Positions 1 to 8,384 are shown, counted from the first letter of the stretch. The stretch is 33,090 nucleotides of DNA from Candidatus Nomurabacteria bacterium (GCA_943359705.1 CALRIB010000002.1:1-33090); one strand, 5' to 3'. Notes: generated by a model not told the origin, from the letters alone. Translations and numbers: made by a program.

Positions 1-2
1 AC

Positions 3-386
3 GGCCATTCATTTGTCGGCAGATTCGGGCGCTACTTCGGTATTAACGATGAAACGGTCTCGAAGGCCAAGCGGGTATTTCACCTCTACCACGACTGGAT
101 AATTTTTATATCCAAACTCACCGCAGGTTTCGGTTTTGCGCCGGCAATCTTTTTTACCGCCGGCCTCTCCCATGTCCCCTTCCGCCGTTACATGGTGCTG
201 AATGTCGCGGGACAAATCGTGTGGACGGGCGGACTCTTGGCTGTCGGATACTTCCTCGGACACCTTTACTCGCAGATAGGTAGCACCATCGAAAAGGTTT
301 TGAGCATCGGATTCATTCTTTTCGTACTCGTCGCACTTTTTGCTTTCGCGCGCTTTATGCGCGGCCGGCTTGAGCGCGTGCAATAG
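3..386 (+). CDS. DedA/VTT-family membrane protein, 5'-truncated by the window edge
   Basis: Open frame from base 3: GRFGRYFGINDETVSKAKRVF...IIFISKLTAGFGFAPAIFFTAGLSHVPFRRYMVLNVAGQIVWTGGLLAVGYFLG, a typical DedA core. Overlaps the convergent glycosyltransferase by about 32 nt. Confidence 0.8.
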   Translation, partial: GHSFVGRFGRYFGINDETVSKAKRVFHLYHDWIIFISKLTAGFGFAPAIFFTAGLSHVPFRRYMVLNVAGQIVWTGGLLAVGYFLGHLYSQIGSTIEKVLSIGFILFVLVALFAFARFMRGRLERVQ

Positions 387-1554
387 TGTCGGCGTAGACA
401 CGCTCCCACACAGCCGCCACCGCCTCCGGCGAAAATTGTGAACCGAACCGGTAGGCGCCTTCGCCGAGTTGTTCGCGCAGTTCACTATCTTGAAGCAGCG
501 TGGTCATCTTCTGCGCGAAGTCTGCACTGTCGAGCGAGCGTGCGCGAAAACCCGCAGTCTCCGGCGTGTACTCATGGAGCGAACGCCAATCGGCACTCAC
601 GGCCGGCAAGCCACATATAAAGGCCTGCAGAAGCACCATGCTTTGCGTTTCCGATGTGCTCGCGATAGAAAATACCTCCGAGGCCGCGTATGCCTCCGCG
701 AGTGCAGCCTGGCTGAGCGTGCCGAGGAAGCGAACACTTTTCTCAATGCCAAGCTCGGTGACGAGTGCCCGCAATCGCGCCTCGTCTCGTCCGTGCCCCG
801 CGAGCGCAAGCATCGCATTCGGAATTTTCGCGCGCACCTGCCCTATCGCACGCAAAAGCACATCGATATTTTTTTCCCTGCCGAGACGGCCGGCGTAGAT
901 GACGGTCGAATCGGAAAATCCGAATTTCTTTTTTAGTGCATCGCGTTCCTCGCGTGTGCGCTTTTGAAAAATAGTCGTGTCTATCGGATTGGAAACGGGT
1001 TCGTGCGGCGCCTTGAGTCCGTACTGCGCCATCTCATCGAGCACCGAATGTGAAGGACCGGTCACAAAATCGCATCGGTTGTAATACCAGATTACTGCTT
1101 TCAACGTAAGGCGGCCGAGCAACTCCGCCGCAAACGGCGCATAGACCATAAATTCCCGCACGGCAGAATGATTGGTGCCGACCATCGGGATGCGGAGTTT
1201 GCGCGAAGCGCGCAGTGCCTCGATACCGAGCCCAAAAAATGTTTGCGTATGGATGATGTCCGGCTTAAATTCCCGTAAAAGCCGCCAGCGGGTGAACGTC
1301 GGCAGCACCAAACGCGACTGCAGATTGGAGCCCTTCACCAAAAGCGACGGCACGCGCGTGATGCGCACATTCTTGCCGAGGTCAATTTCTTTTTCCGGCA
1401 CATGCGAGAGCGCATAATCACTTGGCGAGGCACTTGGCACGACACAGAGCACCTGGTGTCCGCGACCCCCAAGTGTTTTGGCCAAAAGCTGCACCGAATC
1501 CTGTATCCCGCCGAGTTCAGGATAAAAACCGTCGGTAAAAATGGCGACGCGCAT
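355..1554 (-). CDS. GT4 (GT-B fold) glycosyltransferase, diacylglycerol glycosyltransferase-like
   Basis: N-terminal MRVAIFTDGFYPELGG, PDIIHTQT, YAGRLGREKNID, and ETQSMVLLQA at the E-x7-E position (second Glu is Gln). Confidence 0.9.
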   Translation of the reverse strand: MRVAIFTDGFYPELGGIQDSVQLLAKTLGGRGHQVLCVVPSASPSDYALSHVPEKEIDLGKNVRITRVPSLLVKGSNLQSRLVLPTFTRWRLLREFKPDIIHTQTFFGLGIEALRASRKLRIPMVGTNHSAVREFMVYAPFAAELLGRLTLKAVIWYYNRCDFVTGPSHSVLDEMAQYGLKAPHEPVSNPIDTTIFQKRTREERDALKKKFGFSDSTVIYAGRLGREKNIDVLLRAIGQVRAKIPNAMLALAGHGRDEARLRALVTELGIEKSVRFLGTLSQAALAEAYAASEVFSIASTSETQSMVLLQAFICGLPAVSADWRSLHEYTPETAGFRARSLDSADFAQKMTTLLQDSELREQLGEGAYRFGSQFSPEAVAAVWERVYADTIARAQAGRA

Positions 1555-1577
1555 GAGGAAATGCTATCACGCCCGGC

Positions 1578-2390
1578 TTATCCCAATGTCTCTCTCAAGT
1601 AGTTCGTGATTATTTCGCGTGCTTCGTCGGGCTTCACGATGGGAAAGACGTGGCTCGTGTTTTCCAAGATAACGAGGCGTGCGTTTGACATATTTTTGGC
1701 GAGACGCAGTGCGGACACGAGCGGACTTATCTGGTCATGCCGGCCATGCATGATGAGCGACGGCACTTTGATGTCTCTCCAGAGCGGGTCGAGGTCGCGC
1801 GCGTACCCGTGGTCGAGGCAGAAAAGCCACGCGTGCCATGTGGTGTTGGGAATGTCTTGGAAAATACGACGCATGTTCCAATCCCCCGCTCGCGGGAATT
1901 TGGAATAATCGATGTGTCGTCCCGCTGCGTTCGAATACGAGAACAGTCGGCAGACGGAAGCTGCTACGTGGACGATGAGGCGGGATATGCGCGTGAGAAA
2001 AATGGAATAGATACCGTATACGGTACTCATGAAAATAGCCGCTCGGACTTTTTCAGGATGCCGTCTGATGAGCAGTACTGCCGGAAGCACCGCGAATGAT
2101 TGCGAAAGCACGACGTAGGAATTCACTCCGAGTTTCGCAAGAAGCAGTTCGAGGTCCTCGACCAGTGTTTCGAGTTCGTACTCCTCGTACCTACCGGGCT
2201 TCAGCGATTTGCCGTGTCCGCGCAAATCGGGAGTGATGACGTTGTATTCCCTCTCCCACACCGGCTCGTACCGTGCCCACGCCGATGAGCTGCCCGAGAG
2301 TCCGTGGATGAGGAGGAGCGTGGTGCGCTCCGGGCGAAAGTCGTTGGTGCGGTAGTAGATGCCGCGCTCGGTGAAAAAATGTTCGTTCAT
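1578..2390 (-). CDS. Alpha/beta-fold hydrolase
   Basis: LLLIHGLSGS, VITPDLRGHGKS, nucleophile elbow SQSFA, HGRHDQI, C-terminal ENTSHVF. Start placed at MNEHFF (2390), overlapping the upstream stop. Confidence 0.85.
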   Translation of the reverse strand: MNEHFFTERGIYYRTNDFRPERTTLLLIHGLSGSSSAWARYEPVWEREYNVITPDLRGHGKSLKPGRYEEYELETLVEDLELLLAKLGVNSYVVLSQSFAVLPAVLLIRRHPEKVRAAIFMSTVYGIYSIFLTRISRLIVHVAASVCRLFSYSNAAGRHIDYSKFPRAGDWNMRRIFQDIPNTTWHAWLFCLDHGYARDLDPLWRDIKVPSLIMHGRHDQISPLVSALRLAKNMSNARLVILENTSHVFPIVKPDEAREIITNYLRETLG

Positions 2391-2752
2391 GCGTGGCCAA
2401 GAAAATGATCGAGGGAAGCGACCATGCGACGGATTGCGATGAAGACGTACGCCCACAAGAACGGCAACCAGAGCGGCATCACTCCAAAAAAAGACGTGCG
2501 CTCGAATTTCTCGACACCGGTGGAGACGAACAGGTATTCAGAAATGCAGAGCATCACAAATCCGAATGCCATAAAAATGAGGTCTTTTTTGTTCTGGCCT
2601 GCTGCGAGCGCGGCGAGAATGAAAAGTGTGTAAATCGCGGTCAGTATGAAATCATTTTGTATGAGGGGAATGAGCCCGATCATGACGAGGACGGGAAGTG
2701 CATTCGCGACGAACCGCGTAAATAACCCTATTTGAGCAATGATACGCGGCAT
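2387..2752 (-). CDS. Small multi-pass membrane protein (DUF2878-like)
   Basis: Four hydrophobic segments, SEYLFVSTG and GVMPLWLPFLWAY motifs. TATACT lies 7 nt before the ATG at 2752. Confidence 0.65.
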   Translation of the reverse strand: MPRIIAQIGLFTRFVANALPVLVMIGLIPLIQNDFILTAIYTLFILAALAAGQNKKDLIFMAFGFVMLCISEYLFVSTGVEKFERTSFFGVMPLWLPFLWAYVFIAIRRMVASLDHFLGHA

Positions 2753-2782
2753 TCGCACAAGTATATATCTTCTGGGAGAACC

Positions 2783-3153
2783 GGGAATCGGTCAGGAATA
2801 ATTATTTCGCCGCCGCGAAATAATTTTCACGACCCTGGCTCGGCATTTTTCGTACTCGAAAAATATGCCTGCGCCTTTCGATTCCCTCACCATAGGTGCG
2901 AAGGCACCTATGGTGCGTCCGCCTTCACTTCGTTCAGGGCGGCCGTCGGGAATCTCCCTCGCCTCTCGGTTCGCCGCCGCGAGGAATCGGTCACAGATAT
3001 CCCATCCGCCGCCGCGGATGGGATTCCGCGACCCCGGCTCGCGGTTTCGGCCGCTGCCGAAACATCGCTGCGCCTTTCGATTCCCTCACCATAGGTGCGA
3101 AGGCACCTATGGTGCGTCCGCCTTCACTTCGTTCAGGGCGGCCGTCGGGAATC
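2783..3153 (-). repeat. Two tandem structured units (period 199 bp) in the tRNA-His 3' trailer, including an identical 86-bp direct repeat
   Basis: 2869-2954 is identical to 3068-3153 and includes the tRNA 3' end GATTCCCGACGGCCGCCC. The other parts of the two units differ in sequence but keep the same hairpins. Confidence 0.9.
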
Positions 3154-3209
3154 GAACCCGAATTGAGAGCTCCACAAGCTCCAGTGTGAACCGTTACACC
3201 ACGGTCGCC
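3137..3209 (-). tRNA. tRNA-His (GTG)
   Basis: G-1, acceptor GCGACCG/CGGCCGC (one A-C mismatch), anticodon arm GGAGC-TTGTGGA-GCTCT, T arm TCGGG-TTCGATT-CCCGA, C73. No encoded CCA. Confidence 0.93.
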
Positions 3210-3253
3210 ATACGAACAATCGCTTTATAGCAGATTTGGAGAGAGAACGCGAT

Positions 3254-3291
3254 AAAACGCAGCGCCGCCCCGAAGGGGCGGCGCTGCAAAA
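3254..3291 (-). terminator. Intrinsic terminator downstream of the 3306-3689 gene
   Basis: Perfect 13-bp stem GCAGCGCCGCCCC/GGGGCGGCGCTGC followed by GTTTT on the minus strand. Confidence 0.75.
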
Positions 3292-3305
3292 CACGAACGG
3301 AAATA

Positions 3306-3689
3306 CTACATCGCACCCTGCATTGCCATTCCGTTCCCCTCCTTCATGCCGAAGCCGGCATAGAGAGCGACGACCGCGATCGCGAGGTGAAGGACGTTGT
3401 CGGCCATGTTGACCATGATGAGGCCGAGCACCGAGTCGCCCTGCACGAATCCGAGCACCGTGACGAGTCCGTAGACAACGCCAAAAACCTGAAAGTAAAG
3501 GCGCGTCGGAAACATCCCGTACACCGCGGCGAGTGCCGCAAGACCCGAGAGAAGGTGTATGACGTTGTGCAGACCGTCGACCTCAAAGAGACCGAGAAGC
3601 ATGCCGTTGCTTGTGAGACCCGGTATGAATCCGGCAATACCCACGACCACGAACACGATTCCGAAAATCCAACCTAATTTGTTAACCAT
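3306..3689 (-). CDS. DUF4383-like membrane protein
   Basis: GIAGFIPG, LLGLFEVDGLHNVIHLLSG and VNMADNVLHLAIA motifs, four TM segments. Confidence 0.8.
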   Translation of the reverse strand: MVNKLGWIFGIVFVVVGIAGFIPGLTSNGMLLGLFEVDGLHNVIHLLSGLAALAAVYGMFPTRLYFQVFGVVYGLVTVLGFVQGDSVLGLIMVNMADNVLHLAIAVVALYAGFGMKEGNGMAMQGAM

Positions 3690-3777
3690 ATATTTTGTAG
3701 ACTAAAAGCTGCTATATCGACCCCTGTACTCACCAATTGTGAAGCCTGCTCACGGGGAGTCAACCCCGGATTGGTAC

Positions 3778-4887
3778 TTATTTAACCTCGGTCTCCAGAT
3801 GGACCGGGCTCGACGTGGCAACAACGTTGAACGCCACGCGCCCGATGGTCTGTCCGAATGAGGTAATGACGTTGACGCGCCAACTCCCCGCGGCAGGATT
3901 CGTCTTCACGGAGTAGCCGCGGTACCCGCCGTCGCGTCCGCCGACGATGTAGAACGGTACCGTTTCCTCCGTCACCCAGGCCTTGCGGGATTCGTCGTAA
4001 AGCTGCCACTCATGGAAGATGGTGGTCGTGAGGTCGGTCGGCGCGAAGATGGCGGTGAAGACATACGCCGGCTCGTTGGGTGCGCGGTGGAAGGTGATGT
4101 TGTAGCGAAGGAAACTTTCGTACCACGGAAGCGGCTCGTAAAAAAGACGGTACTCGTCGCCCGTACGCACGACGCCGTGGTACACGCCGGCGTCTTTGAG
4201 TGCGAGCGGGAGCGGCGGTATCGCGCCCGTGAAATATAAAATGTTGAACGTCACGAAAATAACGGCGACGATGCGCGCCACGCGCGTACGCTCACTCGCC
4301 GCACGCTCGGGCGTAAAGTACGCGAGAAGATAATAGAACCCGGTAATCGCACCGAGGCTCACCACTCCGCTTGCGATAAACATGTACGGCCCGATTTCCC
4401 GAAAGACGACGGGCAAAAAGAAAATGAGAAAGGAAAAAAGTACCGTAAAGAAAATGCCGAGCTGGAACGGAAAACGGCGATAGGAGCGGACGAATCGCTC
4501 GTTGCCGAGCAAAAGCCCTGCGATGAGCAATACAAATATCCAACTCGTTTGGTACGCCGCGCTACGCGAGTAGAGCGAAAGGTAGCCGCTAAAGAGTCCG
4601 CCGAATGCGAATTGCGCAACGACCGGAATGAGCGGGGTTATTTTCAGTATCCACTTCTGCTGCAGACGACCTGTTTCGATGACATTGAGCAGAATGATGC
4701 AACACCCTGCGAGGACCAGGTAAAAAAAGAGCAGCGCATTACTCGTCCAGAGGTCGACACGACGCAAAAGAATGAGGTTGTCAGCCAAAAATCCGCCCAC
4801 CAGCGAGAAGGGCGATATGTAGCGCATGTACCACTCCGCCAGTTCTTCGACGTTCTTCGGCAGCTTTGGGAGTCGCGGGCGAGGCAT
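3778..4887 (-). CDS. Multi-pass membrane protein with C-terminal DUF2914-like domain
   Basis: About 8 TM helices, then VFTAIFAP...IFHEW...GGRDGGYRGYSVK...GSWRVNV. Start set at MPRPRL, just after the upstream stop. Confidence 0.75.
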   Translation of the reverse strand: MPRPRLPKLPKNVEELAEWYMRYISPFSLVGGFLADNLILLRRVDLWTSNALLFFYLVLAGCCIILLNVIETGRLQQKWILKITPLIPVVAQFAFGGLFSGYLSLYSRSAAYQTSWIFVLLIAGLLLGNERFVRSYRRFPFQLGIFFTVLFSFLIFFLPVVFREIGPYMFIASGVVSLGAITGFYYLLAYFTPERAASERTRVARIVAVIFVTFNILYFTGAIPPLPLALKDAGVYHGVVRTGDEYRLFYEPLPWYESFLRYNITFHRAPNEPAYVFTAIFAPTDLTTTIFHEWQLYDESRKAWVTEETVPFYIVGGRDGGYRGYSVKTNPAAGSWRVNVITSFGQTIGRVAFNVVATSSPVHLETEVK

Positions 4888-4888
4888 A

Positions 4889-5449
4889 TCAGGAGCGGTA
4901 CTGCGGCGGATTTTCCCGAATCCCGGCGCGGTGATTGGCGAGGCGGGCGAGGGCGTAGAAAAGCGAGGAGAGACGATTGGCATACGCGCGACTTGATTCT
5001 GATATCAAACGTTCGGCTGACTCATGTAAAGTAACCAACCTTCTTTCCGTTCGTCTCGAGACAGCTCGCGCAATATCAAGACGGGCGGAAAATTCCGTAC
5101 CGCCCGGCACGAGAAATGTTTTTATCTCCGGCAATTCTTTTTCAATATTGTTTATCGTCGCGGAAATTCTCTCGACGCTTTCTTGCGGCACCGACTTTTG
5201 CGCACCCGCGGCTTCCGCCTGGATGGTGAACAAATGGTCCTGCACTTCCTCGAGCACTGCCTTCCCGCTTTTTTCTTCAACAGTAAAATCTCCCGGCACC
5301 GCGACCTTGCACCAGCCGACAATCGTATTTAATTCATCCAACTGTCCGAGCGCCTCAAAAATCGGTGCGGATTTCGACACCCGCACACCCTTTGCAGTAT
5401 CAAAAAGTTTTGTGGTGCCACTATCGCCCTTGCCTGTGAATAACGCCAT
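4889..5449 (-). CDS. PduO-type ATP:cob(I)alamin adenosyltransferase
   Basis: FTGKGDSGTT, RVSKS, GQLDELN, FLVPGG, ARAVSRRTERR and YANRLSSLFYALAR family motifs. Confidence 0.92.
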   Translation of the reverse strand: MALFTGKGDSGTTKLFDTAKGVRVSKSAPIFEALGQLDELNTIVGWCKVAVPGDFTVEEKSGKAVLEEVQDHLFTIQAEAAGAQKSVPQESVERISATINNIEKELPEIKTFLVPGGTEFSARLDIARAVSRRTERRLVTLHESAERLISESSRAYANRLSSLFYALARLANHRAGIRENPPQYRS

Positions 5450-5455
5450 AAAATT

Positions 5456-5524
5456 TCATTGGCCTTTTCCCGCCTGCCCCGTAGGCAACGCGAAGCGTTG
5501 TGGTACCGGGGTGAACAATGCCAT
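5456..5524 (-). other. 22-codon upstream ORF duplicating the adenosyltransferase N-terminus, interrupted by a palindromic insert
   Basis: Translates as MALFT-PVPQRFALPTGQA-GKGQ* in the same frame as the downstream MALFTGKGD. TATGAT lies 6 nt before its ATG. Confidence 0.6.
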
Positions 5525-5614
5525 GCGGCAATCATAGCAAAGGACACGCATAATGAAGTTGCGACAGTTGGTGCGGACTGAGAGCGTTGTGGAGTATGTT
5601 CTGTAGGACAAAAG

Positions 5615-5926
5615 CTACGGCAGTCTCCCTCCGGTCAAGAGCAAGTTCGCCCATCCTACTTGAAGAGCGCTAAACGGGTCGGGTAGGTTGAGGAGAACTA
5701 GTACTCCAACGACAGCGACGAACGCTCCCGTTGTAATGTAAAGATACGTATATTGCTTTTTGAAGTAAAAATACAAAGAGAGGCCGAGAGGGGTGAAGTG
5801 GAGAATCACCGGAGGCAGATATAAAAACAAGATGTTCAGGATAAGGGCAAGTGCTCCCACCGCAGACAGCGCTGCAACAACTAAGACCGCGAGTGCCGGC
5901 ACGATCTGTTCTTTAATGAACGTCAT
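5615..5926 (-). CDS. Small membrane protein of unknown function
   Basis: 103-aa hydrophobic ORF starting MTFIKEQ, 3 nt after tRNA-Leu. The longer ORF-track start lies inside the tRNA. Confidence 0.55.
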   Translation of the reverse strand: MTFIKEQIVPALAVLVVAALSAVGALALILNILFLYLPPVILHFTPLGLSLYFYFKKQYTYLYITTGAFVAVVGVLVLLNLPDPFSALQVGWANLLLTGGRLP

Positions 5927-5929
5927 TTG

Positions 5930-6011
5930 TGCCCGGGAGAGGACTTGAACCTCCATGCCTTGCGGCACACGCACCTCAAGCGTGCCAGTCTACCAATTTC
6001 TGCACCCGGGC
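5930..6011 (-). tRNA. tRNA-Leu (GAG)
   Basis: Acceptor GCCCGGG/CCCGGGC, anticodon arm CACGC-TTGAGGT-GCGTG, long variable arm TGCCGCAAGGCA, T loop TTCAAGT. Confidence 0.95.
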
Positions 6012-6020
6012 ATTAAAGCC

Positions 6021-6698
6021 TCACAGCTTCTCCTCCACTGTACCCAAAATCTTCTTTAATTTCAATCTCTTCCGAGAAAGACACACGACGCTCTTCGAAT
6101 AGTACATTTTTCTTAAAACGACTAGAGAATCTTTTTTAGCGTACTTTAGCTGGTAGAGCACGCGATTGGCACTTCCCGATGTCACGTGTCCAGATACGCC
6201 TGTCCGTTTTCTTATTTCACTTCGAAGCCAATCAACAAACGATTTGCTAGCAGAAGCGAATATCGTATAGAACATAAAACTTGAACGCCAGCGCGGATCC
6301 CAATAGGCATGAGAACATCCATCACCGTCGTACACTCCCCTAAGAAAATCCCAAAAGTACGCGGGAGGAATTTTCAAAGGACCGATTGTCTTGGACTTTC
6401 TCGGTGTAAGACCTATTGAAAGCAGGAAATCATAAAAGACTACATTTTTGAATTGTACGCGTAGGTATTCTTTTCCATTGCTCCCCTTCTTTTTCGTGAT
6501 ATTGAAATCTACTCCGATACATATACGAAAATTGTCGAGCTGTTCGCGATCTGCAGACGTAAGATCGATGAGCGAGAATGGGGGTGAAAGGCAGCCATCG
6601 GTAGCGAGTAGCCCAATCGCGTAAGCGAGTTTTGCTGACCAGGTTTGATCTATTTTTCTTCTTGCATTAAATCCCGGTTTCGGACCCCGCTTCCCCAT
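6021..6698 (-). CDS. Free-standing double-motif LAGLIDADG homing-endonuclease-like protein
   Basis: Motif 1 AYAIGLLATDGCL, motif 2 FLRGVYDGDGC, intervening GLTPRKSKT. Visibly more AT-rich than its neighbours. Confidence 0.88.
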   Translation of the reverse strand: MGKRGPKPGFNARRKIDQTWSAKLAYAIGLLATDGCLSPPFSLIDLTSADREQLDNFRICIGVDFNITKKKGSNGKEYLRVQFKNVVFYDFLLSIGLTPRKSKTIGPLKIPPAYFWDFLRGVYDGDGCSHAYWDPRWRSSFMFYTIFASASKSFVDWLRSEIRKRTGVSGHVTSGSANRVLYQLKYAKKDSLVVLRKMYYSKSVVCLSRKRLKLKKILGTVEEKL

Positions 6699-6780
6699 CG
6701 CACAATGATATCAGATACTCAAGGTAGTAGCGTCTACCAATTGTTGATAAATAAAAAAACACGAACTCCTCTAAAAACCC

Positions 6781-7251
6781 CTATTTGTCCTGCGTCGGGG
6801 CGGTCATCTCGGCGACAATCTCTTCTTTCTCGCCTTCGGTCTCTTTTGCAAAGGTCTCCGGCACGCCGGGAGCTTCTACCGCGTCTTGTGCGGTGCCCAT
6901 CAAGCGGGTGCGGCGGAGCTGGCGGCGGGCTTCGCGCGCTACCTTGTCGCGGATGTAGTAGAGCTTGGCGCGGCGCACGCGGCTGCGCTTCGTGATTTCA
7001 ATCTTATCAATCATCGGCGAGTAGAGCGGAAAGATTTTTTCCACGCCCACTCCCGAGAGTACGCGGCGCACCGTAAAGGTGGCGCCCGCTTCGGTGCCGT
7101 GTTTGCGAGCCAAGACGAGTCCCTCGAACATCTGGAGGCGGAACTTACCCTTGGCTTCCTCGATTTTCTGCCACACGCGCACGGTGTCGCCCGGCCGAAG
7201 GTCGAGATTTTTGCGGGCTTCCATGTCTACGGATGATGTTTTCACGGCCAT
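6781..7251 (-). CDS. rplS: 50S ribosomal protein L19
   Basis: LRPGDTVRV, RLQMFEGLV, TFTVRR, GVGVEKIFPLYSP, VRRAKLYYIR; acidic C-terminal extension. Confidence 0.97.
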   Translation of the reverse strand: MAVKTSSVDMEARKNLDLRPGDTVRVWQKIEEAKGKFRLQMFEGLVLARKHGTEAGATFTVRRVLSGVGVEKIFPLYSPMIDKIEITKRSRVRRAKLYYIRDKVAREARRQLRRTRLMGTAQDAVEAPGVPETFAKETEGEKEEIVAEMTAPTQDK

Positions 7252-7371
7252 ATGTTATTTTATAGCTGACTTGCTTGCTGGGAAGTGAAAACGAGTTTTC
7301 ACTTCTCTCGCTGCGCTGCGCCAGACCGCGGCACTATAGCAGAGGCGCCGTCGGAAAACAACTTATTTCCT

Positions 7372-7506
7372 TGGTGCGCGGTGAGGGATTTGGTCACGCG
7401 TCGTTTTCTGTTGAAAACGCGCGCGACCCCGCCTCGGCCCGGCCTCCGGCTTTCAAATCCTGCCCCCAACGCAAAAGCACCCGCGGGGGGTGCTTTGTGC
7501 ATCGGG
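7372..7506 (-). repeat. Structured tRNA-Val trailer element ending in a duplicated tRNA 3' end
   Basis: 20-bp direct repeat GGTGCGCGGTGAGGGATTTG at 7373-7392 and 7505-7524, with internal hairpins between the copies. Confidence 0.85.
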
Positions 7507-7578
7507 TGCGCGGTGAGGGATTTGAACCCCCGACCCTCCCCGTGTAAAGGGGTTGCTCTACCACTGAGCTAACCGCGC
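7507..7578 (-). tRNA. tRNA-Val (TAC)
   Basis: Acceptor GCGCGGT/ACCGCGC, D arm GCTCAGTGGTAGAGC, anticodon loop TTTACAC, T loop TTCAAAT. Confidence 0.95.
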
Positions 7579-7624
7579 ATCTATTTACTGCGCTACGTGT
7601 GCGCAACGGCTCTTCCGAGCCGGG

Positions 7625-7696
7625 TGCCCTCGCGAGGAATCGAACCTCGAATAGCGGCTTAGAAGTCCGCAGTTATATCCATTTAACTACGAGGGC
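7625..7696 (-). tRNA. tRNA-Arg (TCT)
   Basis: Acceptor GCCCTCG/CGAGGGC, anticodon loop CTTCTAA, T arm CGAGG-TTCGATT-CCTCG. Confidence 0.93.
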
Positions 7697-8001
7697 AATT
7701 TGCTTCTTCCCCACGAACCGAATTGCACATAGGTCTTCCGCCTGTGGCAATTCGCACATCTTATCTCACATTTTTCTATCTCGCTAAGAAGGGACTTCCA
7801 TGACCAATGCCCGGATAACATTCTAGCTATAGTCTTGAACTTCTTTTTAGTATCCGTGTGATCAAATTCTAGAACGATTGGATCGTTTTCACCGCAATCC
7901 GCGCATTTCTTAGACGACAAGAATTCCAGCAATGCCCGCCGAATCCGGACTCGATGTCTCTTTTGTGCCGCATACAAGTCTGTTCTATTTTTGTAGGCCA
8001 C
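7687..8001 (-). CDS. Small Zn-binding HNH endonuclease-like protein
   Basis: CADCG...VLEFDH...KCEIRCANCHRRKT. GTG start 6 nt after TATAAT. The stop codon lies inside the tRNA-Arg 5' end. Confidence 0.82.
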   Translation of the reverse strand: MAYKNRTDLYAAQKRHRVRIRRALLEFLSSKKCADCGENDPIVLEFDHTDTKKKFKTIARMLSGHWSWKSLLSEIEKCEIRCANCHRRKTYVQFGSWGRSKLPS

Positions 8002-8048
8002 CCCTGGATTATATCACTTCGTTCTAACCCACTTCTAGTCAGGTAAAT

Positions 8049-8384
8049 CTATTTCGACGGATCGGTTACGTTCTCCGGACTCGTCTTCAGCGAATCATAT
8101 TGTGCGCGGCGCGCAGAAAAGGCGTCGATGGTGCTCTTGAGCTGGGCGGTATTCAATTTGAGGGCACCGGCGCCGTTTGAGACGACGAGACTCGGGTCTT
8201 CGAAATCGCCGCGTGCGTAGAAGAGCATGAAAATACCGCCGGCGACTGCGAGTGCGATAACGAGTGCCGTCATCGTGAGGAGCGAGTACCAATAGACGCG
8301 GGTGAGTACAGTTGTGTATTCGGGCTCGTTGCGATACGCATACGCATCACGCATGCGCTCCCAGATGTTCGTGAAGAAACTCAT
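8049..8384 (-). CDS. Single-TM protein ending the pilMNO cluster
   Basis: Start MSFF overlaps the upstream stop; one TM segment; C-terminal VTDPSK. Confidence 0.7.
   Translation of the reverse strand: MSFFTNIWERMRDAYAYRNEPEYTTVLTRVYWYSLLTMTALVIALAVAGGIFMLFYARGDFEDPSLVVSNGAGALKLNTAQLKSTIDAFSARRAQYDSLKTSPENVTDPSK

Noticed and set aside
2981..3087. Hammerhead ribozyme for the trailer core
   Set aside because: It has a GAAA and a three-way junction but lacks the CUGANGA core.
2869..3153. CRISPR array
   Set aside because: Only two 86-bp copies, the intervening DNA is itself a homologous structured unit, and there are no cas genes in the window.
5930..6698. Group I intron or intein carrying the LAGLIDADG ORF
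   Set aside because: tRNA-Leu is uninterrupted, there is no room for an intron core, and the ORF has no intein splicing motifs.
5930..8001. Prophage or integrative island at the tRNA cluster
   Set aside because: No integrase or phage structural genes, and rplS lies within the segment.
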